Part shown: in pieces, positions 1 through 14,596 of the stretch
Layout: each line of letters begins with the position of its first letter
Position numbering within the stretch: the stretch's first letter is position 1
Assembly (NCBI RefSeq): GCF_022539665.2
Contig: NC_081331.1
Location: forward strand, 4,340,001-4,404,000
Source of the DNA: Daphnia carinata
Lineage: Eukaryota
Direction: 5' to 3'
DNA: 64,000 nucleotides
Made by a program: the position numbers and the translations under genes
The notes under the pieces: generated by a model
Told to the model about the DNA's origin: nothing
Databases searched by the model: none
What the model saw: the letters and a program-made list of their open reading frames with translations, nothing else

Positions 1-3000
1 GAAAAAGAAGAATAACTCTCAGGTATATGCGCGTAACGGACATTATCCTACAGGCAGATCGTAATCTCAAACCATTTACGTGAATCATTAGGCCAAGGCA
101 AACTTTTCTCTACTAATTTCCCTTTTTTCTTCAAATTTAAATATTTTATTCCTATTTTTACGACGGCAAAACATGAAACATTCTTTCCACAAAAAAAAAA
201 GGAAAAGGAGTTTGAATCGATAAGCAGAATATTTATACGCATAATTTTTAATGTATTATATCAATCGTTTGTCAAGCGAATCGAACGATGACGGGCCAAA
301 CTCGGCGAAATTGTGACGAGACGTCGTTCCAGCCGGTTTTTTTTTTTATTCCAACTCGTTCCAAGAGAAGCCCTTTCTACAACTTAGTTGGAAAAAAAAC
401 CACTTTGCAATGTAAAACTGCATTTATTTATGTTTATTTGTCTCCATTGGTTGAGCAACAAGTACCCGTCCGAATCGCAATGGCGCAAGGTTCTTGATAA
501 ATGCACAAGGCCGAGCAAGGCTGATTATTTGCTTATAAACAGGTCGCACGCTATCAGTGTTGTTACATACGCGCACGGGGGACTATAACGGCATAACCGG
601 CTCCGAACTGACATGCTTATTTTTCTATATTTATACACATCCCACTCTCTCTTGCGCGTATCGGGGATTTTCTCATTTTTCTTTTCGTTTTGTTGTTCCA
701 CCTCCGCAAAGAGCTTCTCATCCATTGACGGCGAATAGCAGTGTCTAACAACTTTGATGGGAGATTTGAAAAAAAAAAGAAAAAAATTGCGTGATGATGA
801 GAGAATCACGACGCCACACAAGAGTTAAGGGAAGGCCGGGATGAAATGTCGCACGGGCATGCCGACGTCGACGATTTATTATTAGAAGGTACGGGCGTGT
901 GTGTAACCATCGACATTGGCCCGTCTTTTTTTTTTTGCCCGTCCGTAAGAGCTGACGTCAAATTATAATGCCTTTCACTTTATGATTTTAGTTTTTTTAT
1001 TTATTTCTTCAATACTCATGTCAATTTTGTCTATACATTTTGCCTTTAGGCTTTGAATAATGTTTTCTACGTGTACACGTTTTGTTTTTATAAATTTCGT
1101 TTTTTTTTTTTTTTTCATTTCTTGTGATGGTGACGATAGTTCTCCTTTTCTCGCGTGTTTATGATTGCGTGTGTAGCCCGAAAATTGTTGATTCGATATT
1201 CAAATTGGATTGGAATTCGGGGACTAGGAAAAAATGCGCACAACGCAGCAAAAATGTTTGACAAGCGTTTGGTTTCCGACGTGAGAATATCACGTATCGT
1301 GTCGTTTTTTTTTACCTCGTTTGTCGTTCGATCGCGTGAGTTGCATACTGCACCGAATTTGTAGGACGTGTGTGTCCTAGGGCCGGTTTATAAGAAATTG
1401 TGTTTTGTGCGTACAAGGAAGGAAGCACACCAAACAAAGAAAAAGTCGAACACTTCCATAATAACACTCGTAAATAAGAAAAAAACAAAAAACAAAAGAT
1501 AATCAACAAAACGAACAAGAGAGAACAACGTCATTTAGTGAATAGGTAATCATATCATTTTCGCACTGGGGAAAACCCGACAACAAACATTGTGTTGTTA
1601 TCGCGATATCGCACCGCATAAGAACCCACCAGAAACCGCAAATGTCAAACGAAACAAGAACGAAAAACCCAGGCTCTCTTCTAGCTTTCAGCTAAAATTC
1701 GCGAATGCGATAGAGACTCTTTCTTTAGCCTCACGTGAGAGCGGCGGCTAGAAAAATTGACAAGGGAAGCGGGTCACGCTATTTCGCATAACAGCGTGCG
1801 GTCATTCCATTTGATTGAAGGTTTTTTCTTCTTCTTTTTCGGCCGCTCAATTATCAGCAATTTTGACGCTGTGGCGCCAGTGATGACTAACGTATGTTTT
1901 TAGACATAACGGCCCATGTTTGTGGCGAGGCAGTAGAAAAGAGTAAAGAATAATATAGACGAGCTCTCCTGTTTTGCGATTGGATCGAATGGCGGTCTCA
2001 ACGACCGACCTTTGCCTCTTAGAAATCGGCCAGCTAACACGAATTGCAGCGCTTTACACGCGCACGGGACAGGCGATTTCCTTTTTTCTTTGCGTGAACG
2101 AAAGGAAAAGTGACTATGGATGACCAACGAAGCCACAAAAATCTCAAAGAGAACGGAGGGAAAAAAAAATAAAAAGCAGATGACCACGGATGGCCTATCG
2201 GTGTGTCCCATCTTTCAACTTCATCGACGGCCAACATGGCCCGCTGGAAAATGCAGTCACGCTTTGATTGCGACATCATTTTACATTCGTCGAAAGGCAG
2301 ACGTGACGCTTTACGTGTAACTCGAAACAACAGCCAAGTGGGTCGAATTGAGTGAAACGAAACTGAAAAAGCCAAATCGAGAAATAAAATTCCATTTCAT
2401 TTTTCCAAACGCGCAAAAGCGTTTTTTTTTTTTTTTTTTTTTTTTTGCGCAATGCGATAGATAACAAAATAAAAAGATTGAAGGCAACCCTCGCGTAGTC
2501 GGAGCTTTGCCAAAAAAAAAAAGGAGAAAAAATCTCAATAGCATGGGCGATGTTTTGGGCTTGGGTGTGTGCCCAAATGGTCGTCGTGAAACCTTTGCTC
2601 AAATGCTAATCAGCAGAAGAAAAAAAAAAACAAGGGAGAAAAAAAGGGGGCGTTGATAGCCACTTTCTTTTTCCTTATTTTTTGCCAAGAAAAAAAAACA
2701 CTTCTTGGTTATACAACAACAACAATAAATATAATTTCATCTTTTGTCTTCTTTATTATGGCCACACGAGCCACTGCGCGAGAGTTTCCCGCTGGATACA
2801 TTTGCGTATGGCGCTTAATACAGGTTGGTCCGGCAAAGAAATATTTCGCTTGCGGTCATTGGCCACTTCGTGTGGCCTTCACCTCGCACATTCAAAACAC
2901 AAAAACAAGAAAGAAATCATGGAGGCCTTTAGCTGTTTCACAGTTTCCAATTTGTGTTTTAATTCTGCTCTTTTCCCATGTTGAAATTGCTATTTTGTGC

Positions 3001-6000
3001 GTGTGTCTTGCCTGCATCACGTTGGTTAATAATTGAGTGAATGTGTCTAGCCAAACCGAAATAGATATCACCGTGAGCCTAGCGAACCGGATCCGTTAAA
3101 CAACAGCAGAGTGAAAGAAAAAGATCAGAAAGTTTTTCGGTGTGTGATGGTGGTGCTTGTTTTTCTCGATCCGTATCGAATGCAAAGAAGGGCGGACACG
3201 GGCTATTTCTTATCGAAGTCATTCGTTCTATCCTCGTTTATATTATTCTTTTGTACGGTTTTGTTTCTCTTTCATCGGCATGCAATGCAGCATACCTGAT
3301 GCCCGTGAGCGTTCAAATGTGGCCATAAAAATCTGTCAGCCATCGCACGTCGTCCGTTTCCAAGTGTAACAAAAACACACGAACCGGACAAGTATACACT
3401 TAGTAAAGCCGAGTATCCGTGACGTAGCCAAGTGACAGGTGACAATTTATAATCGACGGACATTTTTTTTAAACGTGTAATTTAGTCATACGTGAATTCA
3501 TGTGTGGACAAAAGGCTTTAAAACTTAATTCTGCGCGTCTAGCGTCTTTAATTATTGGCAGACTGCCGTGGACTGGGCAGATCTGTCAGCGTCATCTCAG
3601 GCGACGATGAACTTTCTGTCCGTGAACGATCGTAATGCACGCGCTTTTCTCTTTACATTTTGACTCTATTTAAAAAAGAAAAAGAAAATGCAATGGATGA
3701 TGATGAGAGCCGCCTTTTGCGTGTGTCGGGCATGGATAGCAGTGCATGATGCAAGTGCATTTTCATACGTCCTTGGCCCCCTCTTTCTCTTCTACACACT
3801 AGGCCAGATAGTGTGGGATGACCGGTCGTTCCGTCTATAAACACGTTGTTGTGTGTATGTCGTGCATGTCCTACTCCGGCCCGTTGGTTTGATTTGCTTT
3901 CCCCTCTTTTTTTTTTTTTGTTTCTCAAGAAAAAAAAAGGGGAAGGCTTTTTATGTAGCGACCTCGCCATTAACTCGTTTCTCGTTGCTGATTTCCATGT
4001 CGGACTGACGTCAATCTCAAAGAGAAAAGAGATCTTTTCGTTCTATTCTGTACGTAAACACGAAAGGGAATCAAAAGAATACGAAGTTAGCGCAGGGGAA
4101 AATTGCAAGTTGAAGGGCGGACACACGCACGGGAAAAGTCGTGCTAATCTAGCTACTGTTGTTACAGGTTCTCCACTTGTTATCGTGTTGCTGTCGTCAT
4201 TGTATTGCCCTTCTTTCACCAGTTTGTCTTTTTCTTTGCCATTTTGCCATTCAACATTCGTCACCGTTATTATCCACCCTCGTGTCCTTGTTTATTCTGA
4301 ATGACTTTTGCACGATAGAACTGATCAGACCGTCCATCGCTGTCGAAACAAGTGTAGTTTTCGTGTCACATACCGTCAAAGCTATAGAAAAAAAGGAAAA
4401 GAAATGAACGACATGCCAAGAAAGAAAGGAAAAAGAAAAAGCGAGAAATTTTACGCGAAGGAGAAGGTCGCGACGCTTTGCCAACCAAAACGCTCGGAAT
4501 TTTTCTTTCTTTCTACAGCATATTTCGCTCGTGTAACTAATGTGCTGCGTGTCGCTCGTATACTTTCTTTCGCATAATTTTGCAAAGTCATTCCTGTCAA
4601 TGGTGGAAATCCCAAAATCTTAGTATCGTACGGTGGCCATCAAAAGGTCGGGGCAAACACACCTTGAACAAAAAATAAATGTACACTGCTTTTTTCACGT
4701 CTTACGTAACAAAGCTATGAATACAGCTGTATGTATAAACAGAATAGGCGAGGCTATATTTCAATATTTGACGGAACGTCTCGGAACAGCAATAAAGATT
4801 CTATCATTATCTTTGAGTTGATTACCTGTATCCACTGTCACTGAAGATTTGCCAAACGCACCTGGATGGATACCGACGCCGGACCATATCCGAATCCTGC
4901 AATGTGTCTTCACCGACCTTCGAATAGACAGAGACGGATTAAAAAGGAATGTTTTCTGTGCATGTACGCTATTCTCACTATCAGCCTTGAGACTGTGTTT
5001 TGGTGGCTGATTATCACACTACTGGTGATATGGCTTCCCAAATGATTAGGGAAGCCACGGAGGTCGTTGATTAGAAAAGCAAAGAAGAGAACAAGTCCAT
5101 CTGGAAAGACTTTGTTGGAGAGTCTCGGAGAAGAAAAAGTGAATCACGTCATCACATAACATGATGAAAGAAAAAAAACTGACCATGTATGAGCATTCGC
5201 TTTATTGTTTTTGAATGATATAAGATAGGAGGGGTGCGTCAGTACCAGCTAGAGACTAATGAACCTATTTTTAAAGCCACTCTTTATTTTTTACATCCGC
5301 CCAGATGGAGTGGATGAATGTTTTTCGATTTTTGTGTTCTGTTAATATCCGCATACTAAAAAAACTCATTTGGTTGATTTTTTGTTGTTGAAATGGGAGA
5401 TAGTTTGCATTCGTCCTTCATAAATCTCCATAATCGTGCCAACATTTGTTCCTGAGTTCAGATCTAAAAAAAATGTACGAAGAAAGTTCATTCTTTATGA
5501 ATTCTTTTGTTGCATCATTAAACACCGTTTATGGGCTATTTTTTTCCACCAATGAAAACATTATAAAAATTCTTTTCTTTAACCTAGAACTAGGAAGGTT
5601 TTCTATTAAAACATTTCGGGTCATCTTCTCTTTTATTTCAGGGCCATGTTTGTACATGTTCTTTTCGGTCAACCATGTGACGTTTGAAAAGTGCCCTTTT
5701 CTGTTGAAGCTAGTAACCTGATCTATTGTCTCGATGGTGGTGCAATCAAACGGATTACCATTTTTCTCTATTGGCCTCAATTCTGTGTTGGTGACCGAGG
5801 CCGCTTGCCCAGCGACACAGTCATCAATGTCGCGATGCGGCTCAAGCCGTCGGCCACTTGACGGATGACAGTCGTGTAAACGGGAGCCCTTGTACTATCC
5901 ATAAATGTTTCGAAACATTTTCCTTTTCGTGTCCGTAAAGCAATGTCCTTCTGTGCAGCAAAAGTGCACGAGGACTTGGTTGATAACAAATCGATATTGG

Positions 6001-9000
6001 GCATCACTCATTGTGTCAAAAAATTTGTTCGAGAATAAAAGCTGTAGAGTTTTAGCCAATGTCGCTGCTCTCACTGATTAAAAAGTTCACCAACTGTAAG
6101 AGGATCAAAGATGGTTAATATAGAACAGAGCAGAAGCGTAGCAACCTCCACAACTTTCAGCAGTTCTTATGGTGGTTCTAAGAAGTTTAAACACAACGCC
6201 CTCAGATAACGTATACTTCTTAAACCAGACATATATACGACACAGAGCGCTAACGCTCAAGGTGTCAAACAAAGGGCTAAAAGTGGCAAACAAAACTTTT
6301 ATTCATCTCCCGACGATAAGTTATTGTACACACGGTGCACCTTTGTGTAGTAAGTGGACGCACTTCTTTAAAAATACAGTCGAACCTTTGGAGATTATAT
6401 TTCAGTTGATCTATCGCTTTAAAAAAAAATGCTATTTTTGGATTATGACCCTGCCTATCTGAGCGCCTCATTCGTCTTCGACTATTTTTGATGATGCTTG
6501 TCCGCGAAGGCTACGTCTCCTTTTGTTAAATCCTATTCAAAGTGTGCCCTCTGACTTCCATAGATGCGCGCAGGTGCGTTAAAGCCACGGTTCTTTTCAT
6601 TTGGTTGGTTTTTTTTTTCAACTTTTAGATAGTGTGTATACGTGAGGACTATATAGACTCATCGCCCCGGATGGACTCGATGGGCAATTCCATTTCTTCT
6701 TCTCCACTGACATTCAAGATCCCTGATTTCAAGAAATGTCCTTCTAAACCGAACACAATAGGGCATCCGCTGTCCTCCTTTTCTTTTCGATTGAACTCTC
6801 GTTATTGATGCTGAAATACCGTCACGTTGACTGCTCTCTGTGGTACAACGAATCGTTCTGCCGTAAACATAACAAGTATACACACAAGTAAATTGTTTGA
6901 AATGCACTGTATAGCATTCCTGAGCACCGGTACAGGTGTACGGTATCGTACGTGATGGACTTTAAGGTCATCCCAGTTTAGGTTGCTATTTCCGTGGACC
7001 ATATAGTGGTCTGGTGGTCACAGTTTTCTTTTATTTGTGTCCCGAAAAAAAAAAAACTAGACGAAATTTCTTTCTTTACGTGTACCTGTAGTGGCTATAC
7101 GATTGTGGGTGCATTGTTTTCAATTGGCCTTGAAGGACGGTCGACATCCGCCCACACAGAGCCCGATCGATGTGATAATTGCCCATTCTTATGCTACCCG
7201 CATGTTTATATTGTTGACATCTGGACAAAACGAGTCACGTTGACTTTTTTTTTTTTTTTTTTTTTTGCAAAAATGAAGGCAAAGCTTTCGATTCAAATGA
7301 ATTCGACTCACGTTCCGAAACCGATTTTCCGCTTAAATGTATCTACACACAGTCACACATTATATGGCGAAAATTATAATAGTTCCTCCGTGTTAGGCCA
7401 ACGGGCGAGAATGGCGGGTTTCTTCTGTTTCGCGATCAATAAAGTAACATAATCTTTCTTTTTGAATTCGATCTTTTTTGGTGCAGAGTCAGCGCCGTCA
7501 CACCGACCTGATAAGCATCGACGCCCAACACTTTCCAGTTTCGAAAATGCTTATTTCTTTTTTCTTGTTCTTGGCAAAAGGAGCAGGGTATTGTATTGGC
7601 GCTGAAACCTGCATGGCCCGCTCCTTTAAAGTGCCTACAAAATTTCTGGTTCGACATAGAAGCCACAGTGGCTCACAAATGAAAAGTTGAAATCCATGAG
7701 AAAAGAGAAAAAAAAATCCTTGAACCCTGAATGACTGTTCGACGTTCCATGCACGCCCTTGCCGTTAGCTCGTGTTTCGGTAGTTGTGTACAATACGTGA
7801 GGTAGCGCAAATAATCGAAACCGTATATGTGGATGACTTACCGTGATTTTCAGTTTCTTCACTGTAATTTTTTTTTTTTAGTTCTGGTGCGGGTCATCTC
7901 AAGGTTGGTTTTGCAAATGGGCGCTATATTTTTATGCTGATGTGATCCTTAAACGGGCATGGTGGACAAGCAAAGGATGGCATTGGATCTTGTCAAAATG
8001 CTGTGGGCCGATGGGTCACGAGCGACGACCCAAAAAGACAACATTTGCGCAAAAATTTGAAAAAGGAGCTGACCGATTTTCGTCTACCTGGATGAGACGG
8101 CCATTATCAGAACGTGGAGCAGAATACGAATGAGTTAACAAAATTCTTTTCGAAACAGAATTAAAGAAATAGTGTGCTCTAGTGTTTGACGACCTTCACA
8201 TTTTTCGAGGCCAGTAGCAGCGTATCCGTCGAGATTGTATCTGTTGGATCCAAATCCCGAAATGTATGCATGCTGCGTACCATTTCACCCCAACGGGAAC
8301 ACGGTGACTCTTACAAAGAACATAAATCAGTTGCGTCAGCTGTGCTACGCATACGCACTTTCCAAAAGCTCTTGGCCTTCTCGGCGTCCACTTGGTAAAT
8401 TAGCGCCTTTGGTGGTTTAATTATATTCGTTCCGCGTCTAATCTAGCCTTTTCCGAGACGCAAAATGACAATTTCGAGTAGCCCCGCCATAGCGCCGTCG
8501 GATCCGATCCCATTATAAAAACTTCAGCGAATGAGCGTTTCAAATAGTTTATAGTATTAAAATGTTCCAGCTATCACCAGTTCTTCATGATGAATACGAA
8601 TTTGCAGCCGCTTGCGCGTTATGTAAAAGCCATGCGTACCATACTAAGTGAAGGGGTGCCAACAGCTTTCTCTATCTAATACGCATTTGGTGCCCACTTG
8701 TTCTAAAGGCGACCGTTTGCATAACCCAAGCGACCAAACCCCACGCTACGCGTTATGTCCACAAATGGAAAATCTGTTAACCAATCATGATTTGCCTGAG
8801 AAGAACCGAAAATTTCTTGAATGCCTTGGAAAATAGTCTTGATAGTCTTGCATTAAAAGTGTAAAATCAACGTTATTCACCAGAGAATTCGACACTCAAC
8901 AATACTGCGAAACCTAATTTTTTTCCAAACGGCCTTAACACCGTTCTTTGGCAGACAGGGTTTAATGTTTTAAAAAGTAAGAAAAAAAACTACGGAAAAA

Positions 9001-9259
9001 CAATCGAGTGTGCAATGGGTGGTTGAGCAGGTGGGTCACTTCTCGCTCATGCCGTTATTTGTTTTTGTGCCTGTTTTCGACTGGCAGGTTGAAAACGATC
9101 CGGCATCGCTGGGGGAGGGACCCCGCCCACTTCGTTCTCCCAACAGCCCACCATCAATATTTGTGGCATTGAGTTCTTCATAATCCACCAATGTGTGGCT
9201 TATAGTAACGTTGAAATCCCAAATTGTGTTATTTATTTGGTTATACGTATTGCAATAAT

Positions 9260-10269
9260 ATGGCGAAAAAGCCATTTTCAATTGATGATGCTTTTGACGA
9301 AAATCTCGATGATGTCGTGGTACGTGTGTATGGCAGCACAACAGTCGAAAAATCCGCTTTTAGTGCACGTAATAATAGCGGCGTGAAACCTGCATCTAGT
9401 GAAGGTAGTACACGAAGCAAACACTTCTAGTATTCATATGCAAACGTCTTTTCTGTTGCACAGTGCTTGTATCAACATACTAGTAGATCTTTATTCCATG
9501 AACAGCTGAATTCAAAAATTATTTCTTGATTACTATGTGTGTTAAATTGTCATTTACATGCAGTTCTTATTTGCTCATTCTCAAAAACAATATTGGTGGG
9601 TTTTCTGTCAGGTGTTGAAAATCAAATTACAAACATAAACTCGTTAGCAGTTCCTCATGGCACACATCCACACCACACCCCAGTATTACTGAGCATTCGA
9701 ACAGGAATCATGCAGGATGACGTAGGCTGAATTTTTCATTGGTTTATCTATCTTTCACATTGAAATAATTATTGCTTTCTTTCTGGTACACAGACGGCAT
9801 CTAAAGACAGTGACTCCCTAATTCATGAGAGCTATCAATATTCACCGTCTTATTTTGACCCAGACAGAATTTGGTTCAAACATCCACGTGTGAAAGAGAA
9901 TTGGAAAGTTGTTGCAACTGCCTTTGCTCTTGTCATAATTGGCTTGGGTAAAAATTTTATTTCCAGAAAAAGTTGCCCCTCATTGAATAGTGCATGGTAT
10001 GTAACATGCATTTCTCCTTTAGGTTTATTGGTCACAGGGATTACTGTGTTGATACTTCCATCAGGGGGAGTTCAAGGCCTAGTTTTTCTCATCATAGGAG
10101 TGATTTGCTTTATTCCAGGAGCTTATGTAAGCCATACTTACATTCAAATGAAGTAGCAGATTTTATGACACAATTGCTTTCTGTTGTTTTACAGCATATT
10201 GTCTACATTTATCTTGCCGTCAAAGGAAGAAAAGGATACAACTTCTATCACTTGCCTCTCTTCAATTAG
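9260..10269 (+). CDS. TMEM134: Transmembrane protein 134 homolog (multi-exon)
   Basis: Exons encode MAKKPFSIDDAFDE..., WFKHPRVKENWKVV + TM, and IPGAYHIVYIYLAVKGRKGYNFYHLPLFN, matching the TMEM134 N- and C-terminal motifs. GT-AG introns. Confidence 0.85.
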
Positions 10270-10842
10270 GCTCTGCTAAAAGCCCGGTCATGAAATATCC
10301 CAGATGCTGCCAGCGTGCCATATTGGGGTGTTACGTATTTCTCTCGACACTCACCATTCGGCAGAGTTAGCTTTTTTTTGTAACCGTGTACAGTGATTCA
10401 TCGCTAATCCCCCCTCCAAATTCCCTAAGTTTTTTTGCTCAACTTTGGTTGTACATACTGAACCTCACAGCTCGGTTTTCTTTGATTTGCATTTTTTGGC
10501 TCCCCAGAATTTTGGACCACTTCACTTTTGTGTTATTATTATTTTTTTTGGTACTCACTAGGACCTTTTCACTCAGATGAATCTCGTTTTTTTATATTTG
10601 GACGTTGTGTTTCTGCCCTGGGCAGATTGTACAGAGTAGGAAAATACAACGAAAGCAATTCCGATTTGTGTATGTTTTTAGGAATTGCACAAGTGATGTA
10701 AACAATACCTTTAACAAATGTTTTTTCTTCGTTTAATAGATATTAGAATTATTTTCAAATTAAAATGGAGAAAATAGGTAATATAAGGAAGTATTTTGTG
10801 AAATTTCGAATCTCTCCCATCCGCGTCAATCAACGACTATAA

Positions 10843-13249
10843 TCACGCATTCCCAAACTGAGAATAATTTGGCCTGTGGGAAGCCATTTCGAGGAGGCAC
10901 TTGTCAGGATGATCGTTCCAATCCACAGCGGAAAGTTTAACGTCCCGACTCTTCTCTACTTGCTTCAATTCCCATTTTTTGTACTCCAGCTGAGACTCCC
11001 TGATAAAATGGCGCTTTTTATGGCAAATCAAAAGCATGACAACTTTTAACAGTCATACCTCTGTTGGCTTGTACCACAACCCCATACTTGAATGGCTTCC
11101 AGCCTATACGGTATTTTTCTATAGCTCAGCCGCGAAAATTCTTTGTCGATTTCAATGCAAGGATGTCGGTGATCTGTCCCCACTTGAATCCCAAAAGGAT
11201 ATCCACGAACGGAGGTATTGTAGTACATCATGCTTTCGCCACCTAGTAAGAATGAAATAAAAAGATAAGGCCATCATGGAATTCTGAACTGGTAAAAATC
11301 TTACGATCGATCACTCGATATTCGGGAGTCAGCTGAACGGTGATCTACAGGTAATCAGTTAGATGCTTTAGCGATTATGTCATACTGTATCCTATTTAAA
11401 GTAATACTGTATTAGGTGTTCCCCAAAATTGAATCGATTCCTTCCACGCTAGGTCGACAGCCAGACAAAAAATACGGTCGCCCTCGGCATAGAGAAAAGA
11501 GACAGTAGGGCCACGGTAGCCCATTACGTGGTGCTCAAACCGATTCAACGACAATCCGTCGTTATCACTATTGTACAGTGTAGTCCAGTTGGAGGGGCTA
11601 TGTGAAGCAAGCTAAACGATATGATGCACTATGCTATGAATAGTGTTCGTATGCAATTGTTTGACGCTTAGATACCATTCGAGATATGAAAGTGTGAGGA
11701 TCCATTAAAACAATTCCGTTAATGGAAGGCGAGCTAGGAAGTGCAGGAACGGGACGCGTATATACCAATGGAAGCGTACACCCCAATAACCAGATTTGCA
11801 TCGGGTGAAGTCTTGTCTCAGAAATCACTTGTTCTATGTCAGCTGAAAATCAAATGTAATTTAAAGAATACATCACGGATGAATTGTTGACTTAGCACTT
11901 ATCTTGGCACTGAAATTACTTAAAGAGAATCGTACCCTGAGATTGATCTGACTGCCTTTGTAAGGAAAATTCCGTCCCAATTGGAGAAACGGGGCTGCAA
12001 GGGAATAGAGACAAACTATCTCGACGAGTCGTAGCCAACACTGGGGTTTCTATATCTGTAAATATATAATGTTAAATTTGTGTTTTGTGCAAACGCAAAA
12101 CAAAGATGGACCAGCATTCTTACTCGTGGCGAGATCAGTGTCGTGTTCAACTTCTATTTTGGCTTCCCGGTTCTGCTGTAAAATGCGAAAGCCAACAGTA
12201 AGACGGTGGACAAGGTGACGGTGCATCCATGTCACAACTCTAGGGCAATTTTCTTGTACCCAGTGAACGACATATTTTGAGCTAAGGGAGCTTTTACCAT
12301 GAAACTGTCAAACAATGCTCGAAATTTACATATTTCACCATTACCGAGAAGGCAATTTATCGTACCATAGCTGTTATAACCATTTGAATAATCTCTTCAC
12401 TGTGTTCCATGGAAGTTGTGGTTCCTAACGAGAGCTGGTAGCAGGATTGAAGAAATTGGCTAACATCGTCATGGCTTAATGCGTCATCTTCACTCGCAAA
12501 AATCTAAAACACAATATGAAGTCAAATGTTAAAAAATAAAATGGAAACTCTGGTAGAGCTGCGCGTATCAAACCTGAATATAGAATGTCAACAATGGTTC
12601 TTCTCCAATAAGTTGTACTATCTTTTGTGATCCCATAACAAACTGTTCTTTGGAAAGTACTTGTTTATTAGGTGACTTCTTGGAGTTCTTCCCCAGTTTG
12701 AAAAAATCTCTGAACAATGCCTGACCTAAATGGACACAGCCGTGGCAAACATATTTCTACAGCAAAAAAAACAGAAAAATGAAAGGTAAGCATTTCTGTT
12801 GGGATGCTTTATGCTGTCAGGCACTGTACACAAAACATGCTGAGAGATATTCCGTCCTTGGTGTCTTGGTTCTGTGTTCGGATGATTAGCTCCTTTAACA
12901 AGTTAGAAAGAAGAACAGTTTTACTTTATGGCAAAAATTAAGTTAAAAGGTATCCACAACTAACCTTAGCAAGTTTAGTAATTCCATCTGGTTTTGAGCT
13001 GGAAGCAACTCCTGATTCGGTGTATGAAGAATCAACACCTGCTTGCTTGTTCATAGAATCTCTATCACTTAAGTTGGATGTGATGTTGGTTATTTGACAA
13101 GCAGGACCATGATCACCTGCTTCTTCTTTAATATTTCGCTTACTTGACGGAGACAAAACAGGCGACTTGGCTTTTAGAAAATCTCGTAACGTCCCCAAAT
13201 GACTTTTATCATCTCCATCCGACTCGTCGTGACTGTGTTTGTTTCCCAT
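10843..13249 (-). CDS. TLDc-domain protein (Rtc5/MEAK7-like), probably N-myristoylated, multi-exon
   Basis: Starts MGNKHSH. Spliced exons include WTTLYNSDNDGLSLNRFEHHVMGYRGPTV and LEAIQVWGCG (TLDc motifs). C-terminus DWNDHPDKCLLEMA...*. Confidence 0.75.
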
Positions 13250-13599
13250 TGTTTGTTTAAGAATGGCAGACAAGCTACCAATGTAAGCGGAAATTTGACA
13301 AACTTTTACGAATAACAAACTAATTGGTTCATAGATTCAAAGAAAGAAATACAGGGCAAATATACAGATATGTCGTTGTAATAACGATTGGGAAATTCCA
13401 ATGAAGTGTCACGTCAAGCAGAGTTCAGGGCTACTATTACAAGTCCCAAAAAGCCAAAACACATTCACGTGTCACGTGATGTTGCGTTGTCGGATTTCTA
13501 AATTTAAAAAATCAAAGCTAAAAACGATTTTTAAATAAGAGAAAATGACGTTAGCACCCAAAGTTTATTTTTTATATTTTACTATTGGTTACAAAACGA

Positions 13600-14432
13600 T
13601 GCGGCTATTAACAGTCGTTTTCAAAATATAAAAGACAACAAAGTGTTGAAAGAGCACCAACTTTATTGTCGTTTTTTACGTTTATTTCAAAAACTGTAAG
13701 GCCAATTTAAATATAAACATGATTTCCGCGATTAAAATTCAATTCTGAATCGAAATCATGTATTTATAAGCGAAATCTAAATTTTGGCCAAAATTGAAAA
13801 AGTGAGAAGGCTATAGCCTTCCCACTTTTGTCAAAATCGGCAAAAAAGGAAAACTCTTAGAATGCTATAAAAATCATACTGAACATTCAAAATTAAACGC
13901 TGATTTCGATAAAGTGGTTTGTTTTCTCGTCCAACCAACTGTTTTTTAAATAAACGCAAACAAAATGCTGGTAGCGTACATATTCGGGTTTCTTGTTTTT
14001 TACAATTTATTCAATAACTATAAGACCTGTTGAAAAACAAACGACATATTTGTGATTTTCGTTTAATTTTGAATCAAACTAATGTATTTTCATAGCTATA
14101 TCTATAAAATGTGTCTTATCTAAAAATAAGCCCGAAAAAGTCGGGCTTATTTTATCGGGCTTAATTATCGGTATGGCAGAAATTTAGTTTGTAATTTTAG
14201 CATTAAATTTGATGTAATTTAACCTAAAATAAAAAGACTGATGCCAGGAAACATATTTGTTTTTTCGTCAACCCCCCCGTTTTTGTAATAAATGGAATTA
14301 ACGCGGTGCTGGCGCGCCAGCACTTATCACCCGTTTTTTCCGTGTATTCAAAAAGATATTAGGCCAACGTAAAAGTAGACTTCATTTTTGTGATTCTCGT
14401 TCAATTTTGAATCGGAATCATGTATTTTCTAT
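13600..14432. repeat. Degenerate ~330-bp AT-rich tandem repeat (3 units) with internal palindromes; interrupted by element 1
   Basis: Homologous blocks (…TAAGGCCA…GTGATT…TTTGAATC…AATCATGTATTT) near 13,700, 14,030 and 14,365. Palindromes AAAAGTGAGAAGGCTATAGCCTTCCCACTTTT, AAAATAAGCCCGA…TCGGGCTTATTTT and GTGCTGGCGCGCCAGCAC. Confidence 0.65.
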
Positions 14433-14596
14433 GGCAATCCGTTTTACACAAAAAAAAAAAATTTCGCCAAAAAAAAAAAAAATCACACTTTTTGCTTTTT
14501 TTCCGACACGTAGCCATCTACCGCTCAGACTCGTTATTACTGGCGTAGGAAATTTCAGTCCATTGGATGCCATTCGCAGTTAGTTCAGTAGCGTGG

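Noticed and set aside
1..9000. Many short ORFs in the first 9 kb
   Set aside because: Low-complexity poly-A/T-derived translations with no recognisable motifs. Likely intergenic or intronic regulatory DNA. A possible minus-strand exon ending at a donor near 4,825 could not be assigned to a gene.
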